Source: Folioceros fuciformis (taxonomy: Eukaryota). From it: a DNA stretch of 44,682 nt. This document shows positions 12,101 to 24,400 of the stretch, piece after piece (positions within the stretch are counted from its first letter, which is position 1; every line of letters begins with the position of its first letter). The notes under the pieces were generated by a model. It was not told the origin of the DNA. It saw nothing but the letters and a program-made list of their open reading frames with translations, and did no database searches. The stretch lies in NCBI GenBank assembly GCA_049999805.1, contig JBNGIO010005753.1, forward strand, positions 1-44,682. Reading direction: 5' to 3'. The translations under genes and the position numbers were made by a program.

Positions 12101-13404
12101 CCATCTATTCCAATCCTTCTTGCTCTTGTAGCCGAGTTCGACCTGGAAGTTCAGCAAATGGATGTTTGTACAACGTTTCTTCATGGTGAGCTCAAAGAGA
12201 TTTTATATATGGAGCAGCCTGAAGGGTTCATTGACAAAAAATGGGTTAAAAAGGTCTGTAAACTCCTCAAAACGATCTATGGTCTAAAGCAGTCACCTAG
12301 GGCTTGGTACAGGAGGATTATGAAGTACCTGAAGAAGTTAGGCTTTCTACAATCTCCTACTGACAGTAATGTTTTCCTTCTAGTTGCTGGTGCCCTCTTT
12401 GTAATTCTAGCTTTGTACGTGGATGACTGTGTTCTGTTAAGTAACAGCACAGTGCAGCTGGAAAAAGTTAACGACATGCTTCGTCAAGAGTTTGAAATGA
12501 CAGATCAAGGCGACTTACAATTTTGTCTCGGCATCCAAATCCTTCGCAGTAGGGCAGCTGGGACTATCACCCTCCACCAGACTAAGTACCTGAAGGAGAT
12601 CCTTAAGAGATTTAACTTACAGGATGCTCGTCTATTGGCCACTCCCTCAGCAGTGGGGGAAAAGCTGACAGCAGAGCAGTCTCCTCAGACCAAGCAGGAT
12701 TTTGCGGACATGTGTGCTATCCCATATGCCGAGGCAGTGGGTTGTCTTATCTTCTTAGCCAATTGGACGCGCCTTGATATAAGCTACTCAGTTAGTATGG
12801 TCTCCAAGTTTCTTAAACAGCTTGGACTTGCTCATTGGGCAGCCATTACGAGAATCTACCGCTATCTAAAGGGCACAGTTACTTATGGCTTACAGTACTC
12901 AACGAGTGGCAACAGATGCTTGGAACTCACCTCTTACGCAGATGGTGATTGGGCCTCTGATGCAGACACTAGGAAGAGCCTATCGGCTTACTGTTTTCTT
13001 CTGTCATCTGGATTAGTTAGTTGGAGTTGCAAAAAGCAAGCTTCCTTGGCTCTCTCCTCCACTGAGCGGAATACAAGGCCTTAACCGATGCCTGTAAGGA
13101 GGCAGAGTGGGGGAGGCAGTTCTTGGAGTTTGTACAGCAAAAACAACAAGGCCCAACAAGGTTATACTGTGATAATATGAGTGCAATTGCTCTCGTGGCT
13201 AACCCTAGGTTTCACGCTCGTACTAAACACATTGAGCTATATCATCACTACATTAGGGACGTAGCCGAGAGGGGTGTAGTAAAAGTTGAGTATGTCAGCA
13301 CGCATGATAACACAACAGACATATTCACAAAGGGACTGTCCAAGTCTAAGCACTTTCAGCACCTTGCAGCCTTAGGTCTGCGTGAGTTTGTGTATCAACA
13401 ATAA
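9143..13404 (+). pseudogene. Element C gag-pol polyprotein with disabling lesions
   Basis: UBN2-type gag, CNWCQIPGHWERDC knuckle, WFLESGAIAH protease, integrase, RT (CKWVFKTK, YGLKQSPRAW, LYVDD), RNase H (YADGDWA, ARTKHIE). Frameshifts near 9230, 10540 and 13065; TAG stops near 10573 and 10877. The start is approximate. Confidence 0.93.
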
Positions 13405-13520
13405 CATGAAGGGCGTTGTCTAAGCAGAAAGGACCTAGCTCTAGCCTATTAGCTGATTACACTCTGTGCACACACTTAGGTGGAACCTTGTGTACAGTGT
13501 ACTCTTCTCTTCCGTCTTCA

Positions 13521-14295
13521 TTAATTTTTGGGCTCATATCCATCCTGTCCAGATACACAGATGAGTGTTGTTAGGTTTGTCCAGTCTTTCTGTTCAATGG
13601 ATGAAGCGTCAAGTGCATTAAATCGTGGACAGGTGACAACCGAAAACAGGTAGGGAATTTACCTGATAAAGCTTCTTCCCACAGAGAGGGCATAGTTTGC
13701 TTCTGTAGGCACATATGCTGCAGTCCCTATTCTTCTCACGTTCAATCTTCTTCTGGTCACCGGGATCAATCTGGGCAGCTAGCTTAGCTATCAGGGCAGC
13801 CTGCTGCCGAGATACTTCCTCCCGTTTCAGGTCTAGGGGCTTCTCCACTTCTCCCAAGGTTGCCATCGTGGTTTTCATATGGTTCGACAAACTCTGGATA
13901 GTGGGGGTTGCATCCCATGACCAGTTCCTACGACGAGGCTCACTATTTGCCTCGTCAGTGCTATTAGGGTTTGTGTCTATCATGGTGATACTGGCAACTG
14001 AGGGAGATAAGGATACAGAGGACTCGAGCTCCACGAAAGGGACCCAATTCAGATGAGTAGGGCACAGAGCAGGTGGCGGCGCATCCTCGGGAGGAATCGC
14101 TTCAGGGGCAGGAGCCTGGATGGCTCGCCTGGTTGTCGATCTTCCTCGCGCTGGACGGTCTCCAGCTCCGCTAGCTCTCTTCATCTGGTGTGACCTCGAG
14201 CTATTGGCGCGACCTCTCTCTTCGCTTGGTGCTGCTCCTGAGCGTGTCTTCATCTTTTTTGTGCTGTGTGGCTCTACCGCAAAGAAAGCAAGCAT
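13521..14295 (-). CDS. Antisense accessory gene of element C: disordered N-terminus, coiled coil and CxxC-x6-CxxC; predicted exons 14295-13663 and 13589-13521
   Basis: 225-codon uninterrupted antisense ORF between the pol stop and the PPT. CAG|GTAAAT donor at 13662 and CTTGAC..TTGAACAG| acceptor at 13590 (73-nt, phase 0) give ...DCSICAYRSKLCPLCGKKLYQKDWTNL...*. Confidence 0.65.
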
Positions 14296-14416
14296 AGCAT
14301 AAGAAGGCCACTATCACGAGTTCCATGTGCGATGAAGTAGTGAGTAGAGTGGGTGGAGCATAATGCCCCTACTTGATTGTACTCTATAGGAAGATCCTGT
14401 TAACCAAGTTAGGTTT

Positions 14417-14425
14417 AAGTGGGGG
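14417..14425 (+). promoter_or_regulatory. Polypurine tract of element C
   Basis: AAGTGGGGG directly before the 3' LTR. Confidence 0.85.
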
Positions 14426-14575
14426 TGTTGAGGGTTTTATAGTTAAACCCAACCTGGTTTAAGTTACTTAGGTTTATCAACCTTAATTCAAGAGACACAA
14501 GTTTTGTTCATATACTCTCTTTTGTTTTATCAATTCATTGTATTGTTTGTACAACAAGCTTCCGCTAGTTTAACA
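14426..14575 (+). repeat. 3' LTR of element C
   Basis: Matches 7952-8101; followed by TSD TGAAG. Confidence 0.97.
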
Positions 14576-14739
14576 TGAAGACTCAAAAACGTGCTGAGTA
14601 AGTGCGCCCTTTCCTCCCTCTATGCATGGGATGCCTCCTTTTTTGAAGTAGAGGTCCTCAAATCTAGTCTCAAGGTGTGGGTGCACCTTACTTTCTGCAA
14701 ATTTTGGCCAAATTGCCTACAAGTGTGCCTGCGAGGCAT
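14576..14739 (-). pseudogene. Element A upstream extra ORF (ORF0), 5' part
   Basis: ATG at 14739: MPRRHTCRQFGQNLQKVRCTHTLRLDLRTSTSKKEASHA*REERAHLLSTFLSL, continuing in frame at 7946. Confidence 0.5.
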
Positions 14740-14819
14740 GTTGCCAAAATGATGGCATATTCTCTCAAATTAGTGGAGCAGATTGCATCTTCGACTAAGT
14801 GTGTATTAGGCCTAAGGTT

Positions 14820-14831
14820 GCTCAGATACCA
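14820..14831 (-). promoter_or_regulatory. Primer binding site (initiator Met tRNA, 1 mismatch) of element A
   Basis: Minus-strand ...GTGAACA|TGGTATCTGAGC. Confidence 0.85.
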
Positions 14832-15000
14832 TGTTCACATTTGACCATGATTGCTGCAATGGATTGATGCTTAAGTGTAGGCTAATTGACGAGAACAAAG
14901 ACACGTAAGTCAAAACAAGCGTATTGGAGAAGGTAGAAGGTGTGTGTTCATGAAGCCGACTATAAATGGTTATAATATTTTGGCAACTGACAGAATAACA
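14832..15000 (-). repeat. 5' LTR of element A (outer boundary tentative)
   Basis: Plus-strand TGTT at 14832 adjacent to the PBS; nearest plausible AACA end at 15000; no partner LTR in the window. Confidence 0.55.
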
Positions 15001-17086
15001 ACTAGCCGTAACCTAATTATAAAATGTTTAAATAAGCCGGAGTTTATTTTCAACTTAACTTAACCAAAATTGTCTCACTAGTTAATAGGATGCATGTCAA
15101 CTGTATTGGATGATGCTTTCGATGTATGAATGTAGGAGTCAAGTACATAGTGAGCTACACTACATTAGCAACATGGTGAAACCTCAGAGAGTGACACTTC
15201 AAAGAACACATATATGAGAAGAAGTTGGGTTCTCATAATGTTGAAGGTATGAAATTGTTGTTTGTCCACTTAAGTTCTTCATGGAATTGCATAGCTCTCT
15301 TCGTCAACCTGAAATTGTTCCCACTTTGTAGCATATGTGCATTGGGTATTGCCTTGATAGGCTTGTAAGGGACACAACTACTGGAACTAACCTTACTTTA
15401 GAGTTTTAAGAAGCATTGTTAGAATTGTTGTGAGAGTACAAACAAGTTCAATTGTGACATAGATCATTTTCAAACTTCATTGTTGCTGCAATTCTAATCA
15501 AAAGAGTGCTTTAAAGCACAGATTGGACATGCTGCTATAAACTCACATCTCGTGTTATACAAATGACAGAAGTTCATGGACTATATGCTTGTGAACTAGG
15601 GTGCACTTGGAGGCTTAAGCAAGTACTATGACTAAAACGTATAAGAAGAGGGACGATCAACTTTCTCATGTCTAATATTGGTGGCACATAGTGCAATGGC
15701 ATCAAACCTTCTGGCTATTGGTTCAGATTATGCATGATGCACCATAACATGGTAATGAGCAAGAACATAGAAAGGTACATGTTGTAGCCGTGGAGAGCTG
15801 TAGGGACATGTGTACTGACCTTAATGACCATCGATTTCCCCTTTGCAAGCACTATCAACATGATTATGGAATGGTTGCACTAGCCTTGCATACCCATGCA
15901 TTCGATTTTGTGGTTTAGTTTGAGATTTGTTTGTGTGTATAAGACTTGAGTTAAATAAGGCCATTTCAAGTAAACAAAGGGTCGTACCATCGATATCGCT
16001 CAAAGTTGTAGATGGACTAAAGAAGTGGAGTAGGAAAAGAAGATAAGGTTAATTGAGGACAGGGTAACGAGAGTACATGGAACATATCTCAAGGTACATG
16101 AGATGTACTCTAAATAGAGAGTATGACGTCATGATTATAGGGCCAACGACACTTAATAGTCTTAACATTTGATAGTAGTGTAAGTTGACATACACCTATG
16201 TCACCTTAGGCACATTTAAGTTTCACTCTCTTAGGAGAGTAGAAGTATACCTGGCAAAACTTCATACCCACGTGAGCAACATTGGGCATTAACAGAATAC
16301 TCCCTATGCCCTCTCACCTTATGCAAAAACTCGTCATACTCCCAAGCTCTTTGCCCAGTGGATGTGCCTTGTATGTTGCCATACATAGCAATATAACTAA
16401 TCAACCATAGAGGTGCTCCCACCTCTTTGAAGATAGGAGGATAGTGTCTTCACGAGTCTTGGAGTTGCATTCTTGGCTTCTCGTCAATGGTGCACTAGTC
16501 TAGAAAACAGACCACCTTACCAATAGTAGGCTTGTTCTTGTATGGGGCTTGTTGTTGGGAAAATAGGTTAAGAAGAGAGGATGGTGGTGCAATGGATTTA
16601 AAAGGACGTGAAGCACCTAAGGCCCTTCTATTGCTATATTCTTGGCTTCCTTAACCTTCACCTACAATTCTATCTTTTATACTCTCATGGTTTACCTTCT
16701 CTCTTAAGTCTGAGAAGAGCTTCATCTGTCTCTATGCCTCGTCAATTGCTCTTACCTATCAAAGCATTGTAGAAACCCCAAATGCGATATATCAATGAGG
16801 TCAGACAGGAGGGATGGCTTTTCCGATTGCAAGTGCTTTTTTCTTTATTTGACAAATATTTTTTATGTCAGATATTTATATTTTAAGATATATATAGTTA
16901 TCTAAATTTATTTTTAATATTTTATGGTATATAATATATATTATTGATAAAAATACTATCTAATTTTTATTATAGTAGCTTAATAAAAACAAATAAGTAA
17001 AAACAATCACTATTTCACAACTCTTGATAATTATTACTTATGGTACAAAAGAATGGAGAAGGAACCACCATTGTGAATTCTGGTAC

Positions 17087-17186
17087 NNNNNNNNNNNNNN
17101 NNNNNNNNNNNNNNNNNNNNNNNNNNNNNNNNNNNNNNNNNNNNNNNNNNNNNNNNNNNNNNNNNNNNNNNNNNNNNNNNNNNNNN
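17087..17186. other. Assembly gap (100 N; true size unknown)
   Basis: Run of exactly 100 N. Confidence 0.99.
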
Positions 17187-18404
17187 AAATATATATAAGA
17201 TTGTCATCTCTACATTACTAAAAGCTACAAAATTTATCCAAAATTTAACCATTAAATAACAAGTAGAATTTTCTTTAAACTGCAATATAAAAAAAAACTT
17301 TACATCATGGTTTTGGGCCATGACGCGGATGATGTAAGATAATAAAGGGCTTTCGGCAAGATGTTATAACCCTTCTTATTTCCCTTTGGATCTCCCTCAA
17401 TGATGGTTTTCTTTTCAACACCAGGTACTCACTATATATATGGACGCATTGGGCCAAGATGAGCAAAGCTTTCTAATCTTCAACCACAACACATTAGTGA
17501 TAGAAGGTAGGTTTGGGATGAGGATTTATAGAGACTAGCTTCTCTTAGCTTTTGGCCATTTTATGGTTTGTTCTCTTTTGATGTGCCGTACATGGAATTT
17601 TCCATCTCTTCTTTTTTGAAGTCTTCATTTGCTTAGAAGATGTGCTTATGTTATGTAACACAATCTCATGTGCTACAAGTCTAGATTGATTTCTCTCATT
17701 AGGACAATGTACAAGACATACGGCATAAAAGACTTTTCCCTATCACATAAGACTTAGGGACTTCTCTATGTGAAATACAACACACCATTCTCCTCAAGGG
17801 AGACGATAAGAGTGCCTCATGATAAGGTGGTGAAGAAGAAGAATTCTATCAGATTCCACCAAGGACGAATTTCCATTCCATTATGGGGCTTGAACCCATG
17901 TTCAAAATTTGATGGCCTTGTAGACCACGGGGACCACCCTCCAAGCTTTAGATGATATTAAAACCCAATTCAATTCTGCATGACCTATTGGATGTTGGAA
18001 CCCTTCCTTTGAGACACACAACTTCGTGATATGGGTCCCATAAAAGAAGCAAAGCTGCTTCCCTTCCACTATTGTTAGCGTGTCCAGAAGACAGAAGTCC
18101 AACAACACAACATCAAAACCCAAAAAGAACAACTAATAAATAAAATAAAAGGCAAATATTTTCTCGGATGACTACTGTTAAAGATTTCGTTGTAAGCAGG
18201 CTCTAGATGTATATTCGTGAACAAGACGTCAAACGCGGGTACGAGCTGGGATATCCCTGACTATTGGAGTCGACCTAGATTCTGAAGGAAAAACTTGAGT
18301 AAGGCTGACCCGCACGGCGGACAAGTCGGCGCAGCTGCAAATCGCGGCTAACTGTGCCCACCATGTTTATGCAGTTGCGGTGATGATTTTGTAGCAATCA
18401 TTCG

Positions 18405-21400
18405 ATGGCTACCTCGCTGAGCGCGCAGTTGCAAGTGTTGGCCCCTACCCATGGCCAGCCAACCAAGCAGCGGAACGGGACCCGTCCCTCGCTGTTTTTC
18501 GATCCCGTTCAGGCTGCTGACACTGACTTACAGACAATCTTCTCTATTGCTCTAGAAGGTCAGAGCACTCGGTTGTGAATGCTCGCAGTTTGATTTGCAA
18601 CGGCCCTTTCTCACACCCTTGTTGTGGCGCAGCTCTGGAGAAATTAGTAGAATATGATGGTCAGTTTGAGGGCTATCGAAAGACTCTGTTCAGCCCTCAA
18701 AGTTGTTACACTGACAGAGAAGTTCAGGGAAGGGAGTTCAATTTGAAGCTGGACAAGTCTATATCAGAGTACCTCCGATTGCTGTCAGGCTACTTGATGC
18801 TTGAACCAGCTCCGCGGACTTTGGAGTATCTTATCAGGCGTTACAAGTGTGTACCGTCTCTAACCTGAATTCTTCCTTGTCCAGTGGTGTTTGTTTTATG
18901 TTTGCTGGCTGGTTGTGGAACTAACACGACTATTTGGGACTTTTGTTGGGTGACTGAAGTGTCCACGTTCGTAATGTGGATCAAGTAATGGCTTGCGTTC
19001 TCCCCTTTCATGAGACGCGTCTTTTTGTGGAAACCGTCAAGCTGCTGGAGATTCAGTGAGTGTTAATGTTGCAATCTTGGAGAAGAGACTTTGGGAGTGG
19101 CACATATATGTTCTGATGGTCTCATGAATGTTCGGCACATGCTTGCTGTTTGCATCCTTGCAGGGGCAGTAAGTGGAGTTTTTTAGCGGGGGTGCAGAGT
19201 AGTGGAGCACCACCTCCTCGGCAAGCTCTTGTGGAGCGGTGCTCTAAGGACCTGGCTTTATTGGATTCAGTTGTTGACGTGGTATGCTTCACGCCTCTTT
19301 TCACTTCCCCGTGCACCTGGGAGGATGTGACTTGGATGCATCTGAACCTATGTTGTTACATTCTTGCCTGCACATCTGCAGGCTATTCTTGAGTCTCATT
19401 CAGCCAAGTCTCGGAGTTTAATCACCTTCAGTATTGTCTTCATCACTGAAATCTTGGTGGCAGTGCCCATCATAACTTCGGAATTGGTGAATCGAATTGT
19501 GCAACTCCTCTTGCACAGCTTCAAAGCGGGTGTGCACGAGGACTTCCAGGTCTGTTCATGATGTTTTGCCATGGAATTTGGCTAATACGGTTATGACCTG
19601 TAGAGACCTTGGATGTCAGCTGCAAGAGTAGCAGGGAAGGTTTAATCTTGAAGGTCATGTCAATGCCTCGCAGATTGGAGCCATGATGATAATGTGTACC
19701 CTTGCGAGCAAATCTAGTCTGTCACCAGATCTGGTCACCACCCTTTTCGAGTTGATTGCGAAAAGGATACAGATAAAGAAGGATGTAGGGAGCTCTCTAC
19801 TTCAGCTTTCCATCAGGGTGTTAGTTGTATTCACTCAGGTGACGTCCTCCTTCAATTCTTTTCTTGTGTCCGTCTGTTGGAACTGAGGGATAGGCCTGCA
19901 GAGTGGTGGTGATTTCAACTCATGGGCAGCCTTGTTCAGTTCTTTGTTCCATGTCAGATTCGTGAACTGAGAGTGTTCCTCCTTGCAGACACAAGCTATA
20001 ACGCAACTACCTCTCAAGGCCTTCAAGTTTATCGTCAAAGTGGAGTACGCACCACTATTACTGTTTTCAGTCACTGTCACACTTCATTCCTGTGTGTTCG
20101 CAATGGATACTGTATTCTGACTGTGGATCTCTGTGTGTTGACATCAGAGGTTTGCCAGCTACTCTGGTTGAACTTGGACAGAGTTTCGAAATTAGAACAT
20201 TCACATCGCTGTTGCTCAACTCTTTAGTGGACCATTGGTGAGGGCCTTGCTAAGATTCGGACTGAAGTCTACTGGTTTGGTGCATGGGAATTCAGCTGTT
20301 CTCTCTTTGCCTCGTCACCGTGTTGACATTGTGTATGCACGTTTTGTCTAAAGCATGGCACATGAACATTATGAAAATTTGCTCTTGGAAGTAATTAAAG
20401 CGGTTCCTATTGAAGATGAAGTTGTCTCATTAGTATCCCGGCTAGTGGGCCGAATTTCTGAGGAGCAGGCAATGGCTGATTCTGGAACTGCTGAAGACCT
20501 GGGACCTGGTCAACGGAAAGCAAGTTCGTTTTCATATCCTGACTCCATCTGTTTTGTTTCCATGATATTGGAAGATTTTGATCTGATCCGCTATGTATAG
20601 GCATGCAGCGTGGCTTGCATGAAGAACCTGCCGAATATTCTGCATAGTGAAATGCGTGGACATTTGTTGCTGCAGAGAGTGTGGTCACAAGACTGCTCCA
20701 GACTATCGATCATCAGTATCCCAAGCAGATGGATACAGCTGTTAGCGCAGTTCTACAACAGTATCAGGAAAAGGTCAGTGTAGTTTACCACTGTTCTGTT
20801 TCTCTGTTGAAGTCGGGTACTGACAGTGAGCTTGCTCAGAAGGGGAATACATCTTCAGTTTTTTACTTTCTGCGGGAAGTTCTTCATGGAAGTTTGCACG
20901 CCCCACTAGCAGAGACGCAAACAAGTTTGCTGCTGTCCCTTGAGCATCCTAATGTGAGTTTTTGTTTGAGTGTTAGGTAATTACAGATGGTTGCCGTTCA
21001 AAATGCTTGTATTGAATCTCTTGTTTCACAGGCACGGATACGACAGGCTGCTGTGGAAAACTTGTCACATGTAGTAGCGAAAAACGCAGAGTCTGAGGAC
21101 GTGGAGGTAATTGCATTCTTACTCCGCTTTGCTTGTTTCTGAATTGCACATAGTTTGGTGTTGTTGAGCATTAGCTCTCAGACCAGACAAAAGTGGCTAC
21201 AGTACTTCGTGTATGAATGAGGAATCTTCAAGGGCAAGTTTGCGTTTTTCAGCAGCTGTTTATGTGTCTTGTTTGAACTGCAGATGTCAGCAGTTGTTCG
21301 GGATGTGCTCTTAAAAAGAATTCTGGATGATGACTTCGGTGTGACATACGCTGTACTTAACATCAAGGATTTGGTTAAGTTTCTGCTGCCCCAAAATTCT

Positions 21401-24400
21401 TTTGAGGCTCTAGGAGCATTGCTGAACAAATGTAAGGCTTTTTATAGAGAGAGATGATTGCATATGTTTTCCAAAATTTTCGCGTAATTCATGTTGGCCT
21501 CCATCGTTTCTGACCTCTGAAACTTCAGGCAGGAAAAATATGGACGGAAAAACAAAGTCTGTCGCGAGAATTGCCATTGAATTGGCTGGTGACGTGGCTA
21601 AGCGGAATCCAGATTACTTGGAGGGTGTCGCCCTTATGCTTTTGAATTATTTACTCATTCTGCCCAAGGTTCTGCATTCCACTCCCCATGAGTTCCGTGC
21701 TCTGACAGCTGATGTTTTCGTGCAACAGAAGATGTGCTGATGTGTCGTTTTGTGCAATGGTATGGCATTCTTAACTAAACTAGCAGATAAAGATGAAACT
21801 GTACTTGATGGACTAGTGCAGACTTGGAGGCTACACTGGATCGCATTCACAGTTTGTCAGCAGTTGTCATATCCTTTGTTCAATGGTTTAGCAAGTATCA
21901 ATGCTCCACCTCCAGAAGCTTATGATGATGGCATGAGCGCTAAGACTAGAAAGGTAGATCACGATCCATATTGCACTCATGAAGGTCCTAGATTCATAGT
22001 GATTACAGCTTCAATAGTTTTTCTGTGGTAACTGATACAATTTCAATGGTTCTCACTGAAAATGTGCTCTATGCGAATCAGCAAAAGCGGAGGGCTTGGC
22101 TGTCTTCTATCAACAGTGAGATTGTTCGGGCTGTTTCAACTTCTTTTTTGACCGACGTGTCTCTATTCCTACCACTTCTGGCTAAATCTATCAAGGAGGA
22201 GCACTCAAGGGGACTAGTGCTGCTTGTTCTGCTTCAGTCTTTTTCTACCGAAAGGAGTGGTATACTTCAGCACTTTGCTGGAAGTAGTTTAGCGACTGTC
22301 TTCGTCCTGCGATTTGCAGTCTGATTTGCCTTGGCCTTTTTTTAGGCGGAATGAGGGCAGCATTGGAGGATTATTTCTGTGTTGTAAAGCAGGAATGGGA
22401 AGCTTTCATTTTGAACAACCATATTGATAAACTTCAAATTCCTCAGGTATTTACTCTCTGATGCTCGGTACAGGTGAAATTATTTGTGTTATGTCTGCTT
22501 TGTCCTCGTCCAACCATCTCATAGCCTGATCATTGGCAGATAGACTACCAGAATTGGGATTTGGGAGAATCTTCCGAGTTCTATTGCAATTTGGAGACAA
22601 CACCACATAGAGCGTATTATGAGCTGCTGCTTCGTATCTTGTACAAGCTGACGTTTCATGCTTTTGGAAATAGCGTGCTTGAACTCAAGGTAGTCTAAAT
22701 GTGGATTGATCTGGTAAATCCTGCTTGGATCAGTGATGGAGCCTTACCCTGTGGTTGTGGTTCTAGAATCAAAAGTCAGATGATGCACAGAGCATCACCG
22801 TCGACCTCTTTGTGCTCCTTGCGGGTTCATCATCTCCTGAAGCTTTTGAGCCCCATATGTCTCTTGTCACAAACGAGCTCTCGGGAAGGCTGTTCAGCTT
22901 CTTGTCCGGATTCTTCGCACAGGATGGTATGTTCATCATTTATACGTTCTTTGTTAAGGCATAACTCGCTCGAGAGATAGAAATGTGGATCTGTTATGTG
23001 ATCTACCAGGTCACTGTGTGGGTGGCTTAAAATTGGCTGAATTGATTTGTGGTTGGTGGCAGGTTCTTCGGTTCCGGCATTGGTGCAAACTCGAGCACTT
23101 GACCTTTTTGCTTCGTCTGTCACGAGAACGTCTACGATGCCATGTTGTGAGTCTGAAGTGCAAGAAAGGTTGGAAGGTACTGACGTACTGATGGCTTGGC
23201 CTGCGCTCCTGGTAGCTCTAACGAGCAATCGGAAGGTAATCATGGTGGCAGCATGTTGTTTCTGGTTCTTTAGTTTAAACTTTTTTCTTTGATGCTGAAA
23301 GGTTATTTCATTTGCTACTTGTGCAGGCGGTTCGTAAGGGCGCACTTGAGAGTCTCAAGCAGTTACATTCATGGGCTGGAAATGAGGGAAAGCATTTGGC
23401 ACGCGGACTAGGTACAAGTTACTACGAAGGTTTCTTGTTAACCAGTTTTATAATACAAAAGGCTACGATTTTTACTTTTCTGACTGTCTCCCCTCCTAGG
23501 CAATCAGCAAGGAGTTCCAAAATTATCAGCGAAGCTTTTCGTCCGTTTTCTGGGAGTGTTGATAGCTCAAGAAAAACTGTTCCTGGCCGATGGAACCCAT
23601 CTCACAGCCTTCTTCGTTCACTCTCTCAGCGACGCACCAAGGGATTCCCTGACGATTCCTCCCACTCCACTGGTGGAAAGGTATTCATTGCTCATCCGAA
23701 ATTGTATGCTGATCTGAAAGTCTTGCGAACGACTGGATCTGGTATGCAAATTACGAAATTGGGGATGCACTCCGACTGACATGGAATTATGGTTTGCGAA
23801 GGTTTGACAACAAATCTCAGAAGGCCATTGTCATGTATCTAGCAGCTTCTGCGCAGCTCATGAGTTCCCATCCTCAGGTATAGCAGCTTTCCCTTTTTTG
23901 GGATTCTGTGTGGTCCAGCTGGACTTTGCTGCTGCCTTGGTCATGTTTGTTGCTTGCTTAAGTAAGGTCTCTATCTGACTTTCTGATGTGATGCAGAGAG
24001 TGCTGCTGTCATCCCTCTTAGATGTGGGACATAATGTGGAACTTGCTGTCGCAACTGGAGGTCTGCTTTCACAGTTATTACAAAAACGGCGACGGGGTCA
24101 TCTGAGTTACAGCACTTCAGTTGGTCAAAAGACAACAAATGCAGATCTACAACTTATCACTCTTCTCCTTCGTGTATGACGTCATCCACATGACTGCCTT
24201 GCTGAATATTTGCAACTATGGTTATATCGGTGCCTCTATGCTAACACTTCGTCTCTCTTAACCGTAGGTGTATACACCGCATGTGGCTGCTGCAGTGAGT
24301 TCAGCGTCGGGCAAAGAGGACTATCCAACCCTTGCTGGGTTTTTCGAGGCTGTGACAGTAGGTGTCCGACCTTTTGAAGAGGATGGCTGGCACTCGAATG

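Larger units (their letters stand above)
7952..14575 (+). mobile_element. Full-length Ty1/copia LTR retrotransposon C (6624 bp) with extra ORFs
   Basis: Paired 150-bp TG..CA LTRs with 2 transitions, 5-bp TSD TGAAG (7947-7951 and 14576-14580), PBS, PPT, gag-PR-IN-RT-RH order. Confidence 0.97.
409..15000 (-). mobile_element. Ty1/copia LTR retrotransposon A (degenerate; hosts insertions B, C and D; 3' end outside the window)
   Basis: Collinear minus-strand pieces: 5' LTR from 14832 to about 15000, PBS 14820-14831, ORF0 (14739-14576 + 7946-7643), gag 7618-7143 continuing at 3446, zinc knuckle CNYCGKPGH, protease WFLDSGASNH, integrase IRSDNGKEY, RT with LYVDD at 496-507. The PR-IN-RT order is copia-type. 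The outer LTR edge is approximate. Confidence 0.8.

Noticed and set aside
9143-13404. Apparent paradox of near-identical LTRs with several pol lesions in C
   Set aside because: Two differences in only 150 bp is a noisy clock and is compatible with dozens of substitutions over 4 kb, especially methylation-type transitions. It is not evidence of non-autonomous mobilisation.
15172-16800. Stop-ridden, coding-like stretches that may be old transposon relics
   Set aside because: No recognisable domain, termini or TSD, so no call can be supported.
17024-17321. ORFs spanning the N run
   Set aside because: Artefacts of the assembly gap. Adjacency of the transposon nest to UTP10 is also not guaranteed at this distance.
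20509-20677. Possible non-canonical GC-AG donor (AAA|GCAAGT at 20520) in UTP10
   Set aside because: A canonical GT donor at 20509 with the CAG acceptor at 20675 keeps the frame; this cannot be decided without RNA data.
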